DNA of 64,000 bases, taken from NCBI GenBank assembly GCA_051362555.1, contig CM120645.1, positions 682,001 through 746,000 on the forward strand, given 5' to 3'. This DNA is from Lingula anatina (Eukaryota > Animalia > Brachiopoda). Below the pieces are notes generated by a model. The model did no database searches. It was not told where the DNA came from and was given only the letters and a program-made list of their open reading frames with translations. A program made the translations under genes and the position numbers. Every line of letters begins with the position of its first letter. The first letter of the stretch is position 1. This document shows positions 40,539-52,107 of this stretch, piece after piece.

Positions 40539-41198
40539 CACACACACACACTCAAGTTTTCAATATTTTTAATCTGATTGTTTTTTATTATTATCACAGC
40601 CAGGTTCGCCGGCGCATGGACGTTGAGTGACTGCATTCTGGTCAAACATGGCTACTTCAGTAACATCACCGGGCCGCTGGAGGAGTCATCGTAAGTCCAC
40701 GCGCAATGGGAAGCGGCCAAAGTTGCCGAAATTCTCGCGATTTAGCATAAAATCAATCCCCGCTTTATTCTATCTCGGATGATCTCAGTAATGTTGTTAA
40801 ATGTTGTATTAGCGGACCGTGTGGTAAAAGAGAAAGTGAACGTCAACTATCCTCATGTTACATATCTTAGGGGAGAGGAGTGGGGGGAGGGGACGGTTGG
40901 TGCATGACTTACTTGTTCATCACGGAAAGTTTTCCCTAGCTTAATTTTGTTGACAAACATAGAGAACGGAGCGAGACTGAAAAGAAGTCTGCTTTCGGCA
41001 GTATTCGCTCCCTTGATAATTATTCATAACATTGTTTATGCATAAATGGAGCTTCCACTTAAAATTGCAGCAAATCTTTTTGTAAACGTGTTTCTTGTTT
41101 CGGTAACCACGGTTTCATTCCTGTTTTTCAGTTACTTTGACGTCACTCTGGGTCTGGATCCAGACGTTTTCATCCAGCCGGCCAACTGCGTGGGATAA
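38453..41198 (+). CDS. Ependymin-related protein (EPDR family, about 193 aa)
   Basis: Exons 38453-38522, 38847-38881, 39654-39788, 40201-40384, 40600-40690 and 41132-41198 (582 nt in frame). Signal peptide MYLVLMVGLVLVGATLG, then QAPIPCKSPPQW, YIINLKTKVC, FLGEYVIGS..GVTIQEW, WTLSDCILV, and YFDVTLGLDPDVFIQPANC, with four family cysteines. Confidence 0.92.
39195..39619. mobile_element. HINE-like element in an ependymin intron
   Basis: accaccgccaagg ... ccttggcggtggt subterminal repeats and terminal stem-loop gcactctgcgagtgc-ctttctagt; opposite orientation to the copy at 26914. Confidence 0.7.
39858..39950. repeat. (CA)n/(GA)n microsatellite
   Basis: Directly visible; another (CA)n lies at 40470-40551. 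Confidence 0.9.
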
Positions 41199-41571
41199 AT
41201 TCAGGAAGTTACAGATAGATAGCGAGAACCGTCGAATTCATGAGCTACAAATACATGACATGCAGTTGATTTTCTTTGAAGGCAACAGACAATGAAAGTT
41301 GTGAATTTGTCCAATTCTGTACTTAAATACTTAAAAAAAACACTGCAGACCCTTTCAGCCAGTGAAAATAATTATTGAATCTTATTTGATTATCTTATTA
41401 CATTTTAAGAGTTTAATAAAATGGTTATAATAACAGTAACATATATTTTGCTTTTTGCGCCTCTTTTTTATTTTCGTATAAGAAATTTTGAATAGAAACG
41501 AGTTTAGCAAGCCTTTACACCAGGACCCTATCCAAACTTTTTGACCTGAACTCTTTCATATTGAACTCGTC

Positions 41572-41621
41572 ACAATACAATACAATACAATACAATACAA
41601 TACAATACAATACAATACAAT
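41572..41621. repeat. (ACAAT)n microsatellite
   Basis: Directly visible. Confidence 0.95.
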
Positions 41622-41670
41622 GCTGAGTGTCTCCCAAGCACTGAATGAAGCCATCTGGAGCTTATCTTTT

Positions 41671-41925
41671 GACCGGCTGGTTCAAATGGTAGAGAGCTCG
41701 CCTCCAGTGCAGAAGGTCGTGGGTTCAATCCCCGGCCGGGTCATACCAAAGACCATTGTAAAATAGTGCCTACTGTCTCCTTGCTCAGCACTCAGCATAT
41801 AAAGTTTGAAGTAGTGAACAAAGCCAGTACTGTTATATGACTGGTAACAGAGGGCCATGTGGAAGATAAGCTTCCGCTTAACATGTTCACCCTCTTTAAA
41901 TAAAGTTCAAAATAAAAAAAATAAA
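41671..41925 (+). mobile_element. tRNA-derived SINE
   Basis: A box tggttcaaatggtaga and B box gggttcaatccc, followed by a ggtcataccaaagac..cttgctcagcactcagcat core and an A-rich tail (aataaagttcaaaataaaa). Confidence 0.75.
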
Positions 41926-43703
41926 ATTAAAATATTTTATTTACTGAACGGTTATAACAATTGGGTTTTTATGTCCACAGATAGGTGTCCGTAATCCACT
42001 GTTTTTTTTTCTTTTTCGAAAACATGACCGTTACTTCTTTGCGACCAACGCGATATTAATGCTTTTTAGTATATCCTAAGGAACAAAAGTATGTATAAGA
42101 ATTAAAACAATATGCCAATAGATAACTATCTCCTGTATAATAATTTTTGTCCTACACAGTGTCTACTCTTGAGATGACCTTCATGAAAGTGGTCAGAGAG
42201 TAATGAAAGTAAGTCGTAGGGGATATTTGTCTTTGCCACTCGGTAATCATTCGTATTAATTAAAATAAATTAAAACAGCGTCTCGGTCTTTTGGAGCGCA
42301 GAGACATTTGGCATAGCTGTCGAAGAAGATATCAAAGTTCGACACCCATAGTTGCCTTCTGATCAGATCTCATTTTACTAACTGCACCCACGTCTGAATG
42401 ATGTGTTTGTCTCCGTTATATCTGAGAATATTCGACAGATCAGTAATCAATCTGTATTAATGGCGCGTCCTGAACGAACCTGTCACGCGTTATGGTAATT
42501 AAGTAGAGATGTTGGTATGAGGAATTTAATGAACAACGGGACTTTGTAGACCAGAAATGAACCGAGACGCACACGGTGCAGGCAGGGGTGATAAGATTTG
42601 GAGGAGGGGAGGGCGTCGATCAATTCGGCTGAGACAAAGAGCCAGCAGGACGAAGGGTGTGGCCTTGACCACTACTTGTATCTCCGTCCCTCTGGGTCTT
42701 TGAAGTAATTTTATCTGTTTTTGACACCGAGCGATATGGTTTTCTGAGATATTGACGATTTCATAGCCTGTCTATTACGTAAGAGTTGCCAAAACGGAGG
42801 CTCTAGATAGAAATGTTGACGGTCACTCTTTACTCAAAAGCTGTACCTGAAAGGTCTGGCTGTGTGACTCCGGTTTACCCCACAATATTGCAAATAATCA
42901 TTGAAAAAAGCAAATGATTTCGTTCGAAATTCGAAGTGTTTCGGGAATATTATAAATGGAATTTTTGGCAATAAGGAACTTGTTGAGAACTTGTGTAAGG
43001 GAGCGTGTAGTGTAATTACATGGTAGGATCTCTCCGAGAGTCAAGACACAGACTGAATCGCTAAATATACCTCTTGTTGTAAAAAGGGCCACACAGGTTA
43101 AAGTATTACGGAGAGAGACAATGAACGAAAGCAATGAAATGGTCTTTTAAGAGGTCTACTAACAAAAGGTCTCCCATAGTAAATATTAGTAAATATACGG
43201 TAGATAAAGGTGCAGTCAGATTGTATGCTGCACTGCCTTGCTTCATCTGACGACCTAATCTGGATCCACAGACACTGCAGTACTGACTGGCACAAATCAT
43301 GAACCCTCCCCCCCTCTCTCTCTCACTCTCTTTCTCTCTTTCTCTCTCTCTCTCTCTCTCCCCCCCCCCCCCGGGAATTTACAAAGGAGTTTACACTATC
43401 GTGAGAAAAGACAGCCTAGATACATATACAAATTTACAAAGGTGTATGCAGGAAATTATATTATAAAACAAGATGTGATTATGTAAAAAATTCTCTGCAA
43501 TTATTTCACTACACTTTCGTATGATGGGGACAATGTCAGTTATCGGGTATTGTTGTTTTCAGGCGTCTACAAGGCTATTGTTTTGAAATATTTTCATCGT
43601 GTGTAGTAAGCAGACCAGCAGACAAGCACATTGCGCCACTTTGCAGGTTACGTGTCCAAACTGATCACATGAAATAAACCAAGCATGACGGTTGTATAAC
43701 TTA

Positions 43704-43878
43704 GGCCCCATTCAGAATAGAGGACTAACTAGTGCGAGGGTCAAATATGGCGATCCACTACAAAGCTTGTCGTCTAATCCGCTAATAGACACTGTATAGA
43801 TATCCCGTGGGGAAGAATTCAAGTGGGTAGGCAATACTTGACCCTCGCAGTAGTTAGTCCCCTATTCTGAATGGGGCC
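43704..43878. mobile_element. PIF/Harbinger-type MITE
   Basis: Long TIR ggccccattcagaatag..gactaact..tgcgagggtcaa; TTA target-site duplication on both sides. Confidence 0.85.
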
Positions 43879-44190
43879 TTAGATCCTTCATACATGTACC
43901 TTATTAGCTGTAAAAAGACTTCATCTGCCATTCCTCACGTGGGCAATAGGAACTGAATAACGATACCGGTGCTTTGAAAAGATTTATCACAATCACAGTA
44001 TTGATCTTTATTTCAGTTTATTAAGTTAAATAACTTTTACGCAATAGTCTTTAAAGAAGGCGCATATGCCCAAAGATAGGGCGTTTTGTATGTGTAGATA
44101 TATATTTTAGTTGATCTATATAGATGTATATTTAATGAACTCAACTTATGAAACCACTGAAAAGATGACACGATGGACGCTGTTCATTTA

Positions 44191-44402
44191 AGCCCCCTTT
44201 ACACTGGACGGCGTCCTTTCTGCGTCCAGCAGTACGGTCCCATTTGAGAGTTGAAAAATTATAATACTTTACGTGCCAACAACTGGCCGATCATTGAGCA
44301 TTCATTCTGATACAAAATCAATGCTCGTGCCTCCTTATTAAGACCACAGTGATGCCAAATTTCATGGTCGCAGAAAGGACGCCGTCCAGTGTAAAGGGGG
44401 TA
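44191..44402. mobile_element. PIF/Harbinger-type MITE
   Basis: TIR ccccctttacactggacggcgtcctttctgcg; TTA TSD. Confidence 0.85.
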
Positions 44403-44947
44403 TTAGTGGCATAGAATGTGCCCCGAGTTTCGAAGTACAGTAGGAATAGATGTTCGTGATTTGAACTAAGAAGAGTTACACCTTACAGTTACTGTAGTTA
44501 TACATTTATTGGTTCATTCATTTATTTATTTGGTGTCAAAATCCCAAACGATCCCTTTTAAATAACTCCGAACAGTGAAGATAGAAAGAAAATACTTTGT
44601 TTTTTATTTTTTCTCAAGTTTCGAGACAACAGCCGTTGCACTTTGACGGAAAGTGGAAAATTAACGCTAGCGTGGCTTGGCGGATACCGGATACATGCCA
44701 GATACTTCGCGGATTCTTGGCGGTTATACATGGCTAATTATTGGCGGATACTTTGCGGATTCAGCCAACATATGTCACCAGAGTGGGAGGAAAGAATATA
44801 CCGAGGTCTGCTATTTTACTAGATATCCCACATGCTTGGAAGCGTACTCTCCAACATAAGACCTCGTAATGTTCGCGTTGGTGAAGGGAGGGGGGCCAAA
44901 AATATAAATATTTCAAATTACCCCTTGATTCCCTGTGTTTGTCCTTA

Positions 44948-45139
44948 TGCCCTATTTCACACAGACCACGAATCCCACGAATCGTCAGGAATTGACAAAT
45001 TTCAGGATTCGTGGTTGAATCGTAATCAGTTCGTAAAGTTCTTAACAGATTCGTATATTATTCGTAGTCAGTTCTTGCAATTCTTGATCAATCACGAACT
45101 GATTATCGTGGGATTCGTGGTCTGTGTGAAATAGGGGCA
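44948..45139. mobile_element. PIF/Harbinger-type MITE
   Basis: TIR tgccctatttcacacagaccacgaatcccacga; TTA TSD. Confidence 0.85.
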
Positions 45140-45845
45140 TTATATATGTGTGTATGAATGTCGCCGTCCGATGTCTTTTATTTCTTTATCATACTAATTA
45201 CAACACGTTTATAGAAGGTACAAAATTAGCTTTATTGAATACATCTCCGTATAAACAAACATGAATAACGATGAATGTGTCGAATGAGCTATAATGTAAG
45301 TTTAGGTTGGAACTTCAAAATCACGAAGTTTTCGGCAGTGTTCGGGAGTCTTCGGGAAAAAGTAGAAGTCAACTCTCGGGTTCCTCTGTTGGAAATAGAT
45401 GTGCTGTTGATGATGTCTTGTGTTGTCATGGCAACGGGTGATATGATCCAGTCAGAGTATATACGTGTTACAGTCTAGGGTATCATCTCATGACTAAAAT
45501 AAAAAAAGAAATGAAGTTGAGTTATTTCTATTCATAGATATATTTCGTTGTTGTAAATGTTGGAGGAAATACATAAAATGCTAGGGAAAATAAACGACTT
45601 TTTCTGTAAAAAAACATACACTTATTCCTTCTCTTTTTCTCACTGTACCACCAATGGAAGTGTGGGTCAAAGAGAAAGCGGTGGACAGCGATCACATCTA
45701 AGAGTAACAGGGGTTTAAACTAGATAATTCAATAGCAGGAGAGGAAGAAACACCCAAACATAAACCAAACTATCTTTGATGTAAATAACAGAGCATAAAA
45801 CAGTTGAATACAAATAAACAAAAAAGAAGATAAAACACTGCACCT

Positions 45846-46175
45846 TTAATAGTATTTGCCAAAACCGTAGCTGCGGCGAGCGTATCCCAGTCCATAAAGG
45901 TTGCGACCGTAGTTAAGGCCGTAGCTGCGTCTTCCATAGCCGTAACCGGCGTAGGCACGACGTCCGTAGCCGCCATAGCCGGCGTAGCTTCTGCGGTAGC
46001 CTCCGAGGCCGCTGCCAGTGACGGGAATACCCTCGCTATAGCTGGTGCCTCTGTTGTAGCCGTTGGGGAAATAGAGAACTCTGCCACTGCCGTCTGGGGC
46101 TGGGTAGTGCTTAGTGCCTGGGACGGCGGCGGCGAAAGCCACGATGGCGAGGAGGACGACGGCTTTAAGCATCAT
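45846..46175 (-). CDS. Secreted Gly/Tyr/Arg-rich protein, paralogue 1 (109 aa)
   Basis: Signal peptide MMLKAVVLLAIVAFAAA, conserved VPGTKHYPAPDGSGRVLYFPNGY and a GY-rich tail ending KYY. TATAAA lies about 70 nt upstream; a 3'UTR intron starts 2 nt after the stop; AATAAA at 45231-45236. Confidence 0.9.
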   Translation of the reverse strand: MMLKAVVLLAIVAFAAAVPGTKHYPAPDGSGRVLYFPNGYNRGTSYSEGIPVTGSGLGGYRRSYAGYGGYGRRAYAGYGYGRRSYGLNYGRNLYGLGYARRSYGFGKYY

Positions 46176-46243
46176 CTTGGTACGGGAGGTGTGCGACTCT
46201 GTCAAGTAAAGAATTAAACGCGGTGATGAGGGCGTCCGTTCGG

Positions 46244-46252
46244 GTTTTATAT
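46244..46252 (-). promoter_or_regulatory. TATA box of GY-rich paralogue 1
   Basis: gatataaaaccc on the minus strand, conserved in all three paralogues. Confidence 0.7.
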
Positions 46253-49174
46253 CCATTTGGTTGTGATGAATTCGCGTGAGTTTTCGTTTTAATTAATGCT
46301 ACTAAACGTGTTTAAGATGGAAATATGTTATTCACGATCCCAATGAATAACGGAACGGTCACAAGGACAGGGCGTCTATTGTTTATTAAGATTTAATTGT
46401 GTTTAATTTATTCGCCTGGACATCTTCTTTCGGTTAAAATGTAGTTAGGCTTTAAATCGCACTGTCCACTGTTGTGTCATTGACACGCCAGCATACCGTA
46501 GGACTAACTAAATTATCATTGTCCATTTAGCCATCTCCAGTTCATTTGTCAGGGTATGATGTGCTTAAAATGTTAATATAAAGTGTCGTTTGTCCTTAGG
46601 TAAATCCACGAGGAATTGATGTGACCTTTGGGGTGATTTCTCATTGATTAAGTCACGCTCAGAAACAGGCCTTGTGGTAATGATAATTTATTAAGTTCTG
46701 AATGATACTCATAGTAGGATACATCTGTACTTTCCCTATACTAAGGTTCATACATATTCGATGTACATATGGTATAATATAGTATATACATATTAAGTAT
46801 GGGCACAATATTATCATATATATTTTATGCACTTGTATGTAATTTGTCATGTATACACTTACACCTTATTTGCGTTCTTTATGCAATAGCACTTAGTTAA
46901 TACAGAAATATAACGGTAAGTACCGGCAGGGAATCATATCGGATATAATTCCCTGGCACCGGTAACTAAAAGTTTCACTTTTCAGCCCAGTCTAGGCCTT
47001 AACGACTTATTACATGTGCTTGAAATGCCGCCGCAACATTTTATCAAGTAAAACTACATGTAAATCCAGTAAAATCTGACACATTGTTCACATTGCGCGT
47101 TGCTTTTTACTCCAGACTCGTATTTGTTTAAAATGCACAGAGCATCACGGGGGCACGCGACATGGCATGCAGCGCGTCATCATTGCATCACTCCAACTGC
47201 TTTATTTCATCACTCTTCTCTTCCCTCATTGCTTGATTTTCTGACTCCTCTTATCAGGCTAAATCATTGCCAACCACCGTCCAATGGAAGTTATAACGGG
47301 GATGATATATGGACTGGTCACGCATGGAATCTCATTTTAGACATGGTTGTGAAAGAGGTACTCTGTACGGACGTCCCCTCTCCGATTGACATTTGACCCC
47401 GACATAAGGTGCAAGGAAACTCGTTCTTCGCTGCCCGCTTGTTTCTTTGCAGTACTGGTGCATTTTCTCTGTTTACTGTCTTTCCAAATGTCGGAGAAAT
47501 CCGGGGATATGTTTTGCAGATTCACTAAACACCGTTTATGTAGTACAGAGGACAATAGTTAATCCATTACTTTTTGCCCGAAAAATGAAACTGAAACGTA
47601 CTACTGTCTGTTATTTTTTTATTGTGGTTACTGTATAAAAAATACGAGGAAATACGTGTCTTTACAAGTAACAAGTTTTTCCTACTTATCATAATTTTTC
47701 AATTGCCGTGGATCATTACATTACACGTGTAAATTAAAGTAAGGACAATGACATGCAGTGTTTTGAAGACCCTTAAAAGTGGTTAACCCCGAACGCTAAC
47801 TACCCTGAGAAAATGTTTTTTTCAACACTTATTGATATTTTGGCGCACCAAAGTCATAAAATGGCTGCAAGTCACACTTAGTGTGCTGTTCAACGTGGCG
47901 ACGCATGCAGCCCAAATGACCACTATTGTCATCCCAGACTCATCATTTATGACGACATTGACTGCTGCAACAAAACCACTTTACACCGAAACCTGTCCTC
48001 AGGTGTAAGACCAATACATAAGTCTCGTTAAAATGGGGAGAAATGCATACTAACCATTGGTTTTAAAAGATCAAACATTAAAAATAAAACTAAAAAAAGA
48101 AATTAGAGATTTTTGTATTTTTATAAGACACTTGCAATATTTCATGAAAGCATCTATTTCTGTCTTGTCTTAGTCGAAGTACTGGTGGACTAAGATTTTG
48201 TTATAAAAGTTTAGATTTTCTATATAGAAATGCAATTAATGTTATCTGCACTAAGCATTTTCCGGTAATTGGAAATTTCATTGGCATGTTTTTTTTGTTT
48301 TTTTTTCTATTTTTTTTTTTTTTTTTAGTAATTTATCATTTAAGGCAGTAGATGCATGTTTTAGCATATTGAATTTTCATTTTCATGTTGTAGACAGCCC
48401 TGGAAAGTATGTGAAGCGCTGTTTTCAAATAAATTTTTATTATTACCATTATTAACGCCAGCGTTTAAATTGAGATATTTGTTTAGATGTCTTTTCTTTA
48501 TCTGATCATATATTTATTCATTTTGGTTCACATGCAGAGAAAGGTTGTTTACATCTAGTAAATATAGTATTTTATTTATACACTGACAAACACACCAGGT
48601 GAGTTCTTTTATCTTTGAAGCACTTTTTTACAAAGAGGTAAGAAATTAGCTTCGGGCGTGTCATGTTAACCATTTCAGATAGAATCAAGATATTTTCAGG
48701 TATGATAGTTTGATGGCGTGCGATGTAAAAAAAGATATCTCAGATTTTTAGACCTTTTGTTCAGGGACAGGAAAAATACACTAAAGTAAAGTCTATGATC
48801 TCACAATTTTGGCGATAAAATCTAAACTACCTTTTGATAGAACATTTTGTGTTACATCTTTTAAGTTCCATATCAGCAGCCAATAGGGACCAGGGAGTTC
48901 TTGAAACCGAAAGTTTTACCCCCACATGAATGCTGCCGTTACATCATCTATGAGATCGTTGAACGCGAGTTCTAGAAAAAATGTGTTATTATATTTTGTA
49001 TACTAGTTGTGCACAGAGACAGTGGTTTTGTGATTACATTGGAAGGCATTAACCGTCCTTCAATAAAACCAAATGAGAAACGGGCATGCCATTTTAAAAT
49101 GAAAAATAAATCAAGTCAAACACGAAATGATGCTTCATGTCTTGGTTCACGCAAAGCCATTACAAAGTGACGGG

Positions 49175-49181
49175 TATAAAA
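49175..49181 (+). promoter_or_regulatory. TATA box of GY-rich paralogue 2
   Basis: gacgggtataaaaccc, shared with paralogue 3. Confidence 0.75.
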
Positions 49182-49250
49182 CCCAAACGGACTCCCTCAT
49201 CACCGCGTTTAGTCCTTACTTTGACCGAGCCGCACACCTTCCGTACCAAG

Positions 49251-49568
49251 ATGATGCTTAAAGCCGTCGTCCTCCTGGCCATCGTGGCTTTCGCCGCCGC
49301 CGTCCCAGGCACCAAATACTATCCAGCCCCAGACGGCAGTGGAAGAATCCTTTACTTCCCCAACGGCTACGTGAGCGGCAACTACGCAGGAGGTATCCCA
49401 GTGTCTGGCTATGGTGCTCTCCCAGCCTCCAGACCAGTCGTCGCTCCACGCAGAAGCTATGTCCGCCCCAGCTATTCCGGCTATGGTTACGGCAGACGCA
49501 GCTACGGTTACCGTCGTGGTGGACTTTACGGCTTGTACGGACGTCGCAGCTACGGTGGATATTATTAA
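49251..49568 (+). CDS. Secreted Gly/Tyr/Arg-rich protein, paralogue 2 (105 aa)
   Basis: Same signal peptide and VPGTKYYPAPDGSGRILYFPNGY motif. Intron 49571-49852 follows the stop; AATAAA at about 50096. Confidence 0.9.
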   Translation: MMLKAVVLLAIVAFAAAVPGTKYYPAPDGSGRILYFPNGYVSGNYAGGIPVSGYGALPASRPVVAPRRSYVRPSYSGYGYGRRSYGYRRGGLYGLYGRRSYGGYY

Positions 49569-52076
49569 AGGTATGGAATTTTGACTTCTTATTTAATTTT
49601 TTCCGCTTATTTTTTCTCATTCATTCTCGTCAACTGGTAATTTTGGGAACAGGGGCAATGATAGACATGTTTTTAAAACTCTTTTTCGTTAAGTCTCTGT
49701 TAACCTTATTTTAATGCAAGTTGAGCCTTTGATAACGTAAAAAGAACCCAAAATTCAAAAAGAAGTATATAGTTGCATCTATCAATTGTGATATCGTCGA
49801 TACTATTGAGAAGATATAAAATAAAAATGGTTTTATAATTTTGCCATTCTAGCCGCAGTTAGATACAGCATCTACCAATAGTGCCACCAAGTCCCAACCT
49901 GTAGTTTTACCTGGGCTTTATTACCTGTTACCATGACAACATCTGCCGGACGCTACCAACAGCAAAGGGGTTATTTGCTTTTACGGCCAATCTGAGAATG
50001 AACTTTTTATGCTCTTGAGGTGGACTTTTGTGATCAACACCATTGATTTCACAGTAGAATCGCTTTACCTCTCTGTTTTTAATTTAAACCTGTTCAATAA
50101 AGCCTTTACTTTATATATGTTTTGCAGTCAGTTTTGTATTAAGGGTAACTTTTTTCTTTAAATTTCAACATATGAAGTATATGATTGATTGATGCCGGTA
50201 GACTCGAGCAACATTTTGATAGAAAACCCCCCAGTTACGGCCTGAGCTTTAAAAATCGTCAGCGTTTCAGTAGAAAAGTGTATAATCTTCAGTTTGGATG
50301 AGAGACAGTTATCCATCTTTCTTCAGAGTGCAGATGTCCGTGGAAAAATGACTGTCTTAAGATTTGACCCCCATTTGGCTTAACCGCCTTTTTCTATAAA
50401 AAAAAATAATATCTTGATTTGAGTACGTATACGTATTCGTGCATCGTGCTTAGAATGGTTTTATAAACATAATTGCTATTTTTATGGTGCATTACTTATA
50501 AAATCAATTTTACTAAATGACTCACATGCATTAAAACAAATGTTTTTGTAAAAAAACAAACAAAAAATAGTCTATAGCGTGACGACAATATTGAGGACAA
50601 TTCGCAGACGATCCTTCCACTTTGCTACTTTGGAATGGTACTGCTTGTTACCTGTGACATAAAATAAGTTACCACGGCAACACAAAAATAAAACCTGCTT
50701 CTGATAAAACGCGGTTCAACTGCTGTCATACTTGTACGTTCCTGCTTTGTTTTTAACGTTGCAAAACTGAAAACAGTTGTTTCCCAGAGTTTGTAAGTAC
50801 CCGGTAGATGTCAAGTCTGTATGCCTTCCTTCTCAATCTGAGCTATAGTCACGTCTCACAGCCGTGCTTCATCCTGTTTAAAGACACTTAATGTGTCTCT
50901 CTTCACCTGTGTATCTGCACGTGCCCGTCCCTGGTGCCCTTAATCAATTCGCTCCCTAACTACCAAACCGCAGTTTCATTTTGCTTTTTATTTGCTATCT
51001 TGAAATTAAAACCTGACTCAATGATTGGATTTTAGCGTGCTGTTTGTATATTATTACTACTTTGAGTGCCATTTTTGTAATTTGCATAATTTTACTACCA
51101 ATCGCTATTTGAATGTATTTAAGGTTTAGTGTGAAGTTTTTTATTTGAAATGACACTGGTCACACTAAGTAATTGCAATAGTCGGATTCCCTGAATTATC
51201 ACATTTTGTGGCAAAATGGTATGCCGGCCTATGTGCCTTCTGACAGGTGCCAGTGTCTAGCAATTTTGACACCTCGACTCAAGATTTTAATGTTCCGGCG
51301 TACCAAAACTAAAAAAAGTAGTGTCGTGAAATTTTCAGTATATATTAAAAACATAATTTTCCTAAAATATCCCCAAATGCCAAAGACTGTTGAAGTAACA
51401 TAACTCTGATTTTTTTATTTATAGATTAATTAATTTATTATTATTAATATCTTTATTTTTAGCCACCCAATGTATTTTTCCAGCACAAGTGTGTTGAACT
51501 CTTTCCCTATCTTCTCTAACACAATCACTTTGGTAATGTCCGAAATAAAAAGTTAACCAGTGCTGCACACTGCAGTGTTAGTATGCATTTGCTATTTTAC
51601 CAACATGGTATTTATGGTTAAAATGCAGGATGATAATGCAAGTTAGCTCAGTCTCGTAAAACCTGCTCTTAAGTTTTGTGGAAGAAGTCATTTGCACAAC
51701 AATTTCGTTTTGCTTTTTCCTTCTGCTTTAATTTCTAAGACGCCATTCCCAGCCTCACCGAGTTTCAACTTTATTGTAAGAAGGCCAGCTCCACCTCACG
51801 CGGATTCTCGCACGTTCTCTCACCACCAACTACCCCCTCTGATATCAGGGACCTCCTAAAATACTAAATTACTGTTAGCGCCCCCTGTGAGCGGAGAAAG
51901 GTGACATGCTGGGTGATTTCCATGTAGAAAAATGATTTCCCGAAATTTCAGCAAATTCACCTTTAACACCGAGCAATGTTGCGCATGAGTTTTGTATTCA
52001 CATGACATGAATTCAGGGTAATAATCGTCTTAATGCATTAATACATACAAGTTAAACCCCCCCCCCCCCCCAAAAA

Positions 52077-52107
<31 letters not shown>

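Noticed and set aside
39633-40630. CV/HT-rich ORFs
   Set aside because: Products of (CA)n microsatellites in ependymin introns.
46176-46256. N-terminal extensions of the GY-rich ORFs (starts at 46256 and 49137)
   Set aside because: These starts lie upstream of or across the TATA box; the conserved start is MMLK.
47100-47640. Cluster of short ORFs between GY paralogues 1 and 2, with a faint resemblance to a tyrosine-recombinase (Crypton) remnant
   Set aside because: No convincing motif or splice structure could be established by eye.
50240-50340. CTGAAGA...GAAA on the minus strand, resembling a Penelope-type hammerhead ribozyme
   Set aside because: The required stems could not be formed convincingly; at most a decayed remnant.
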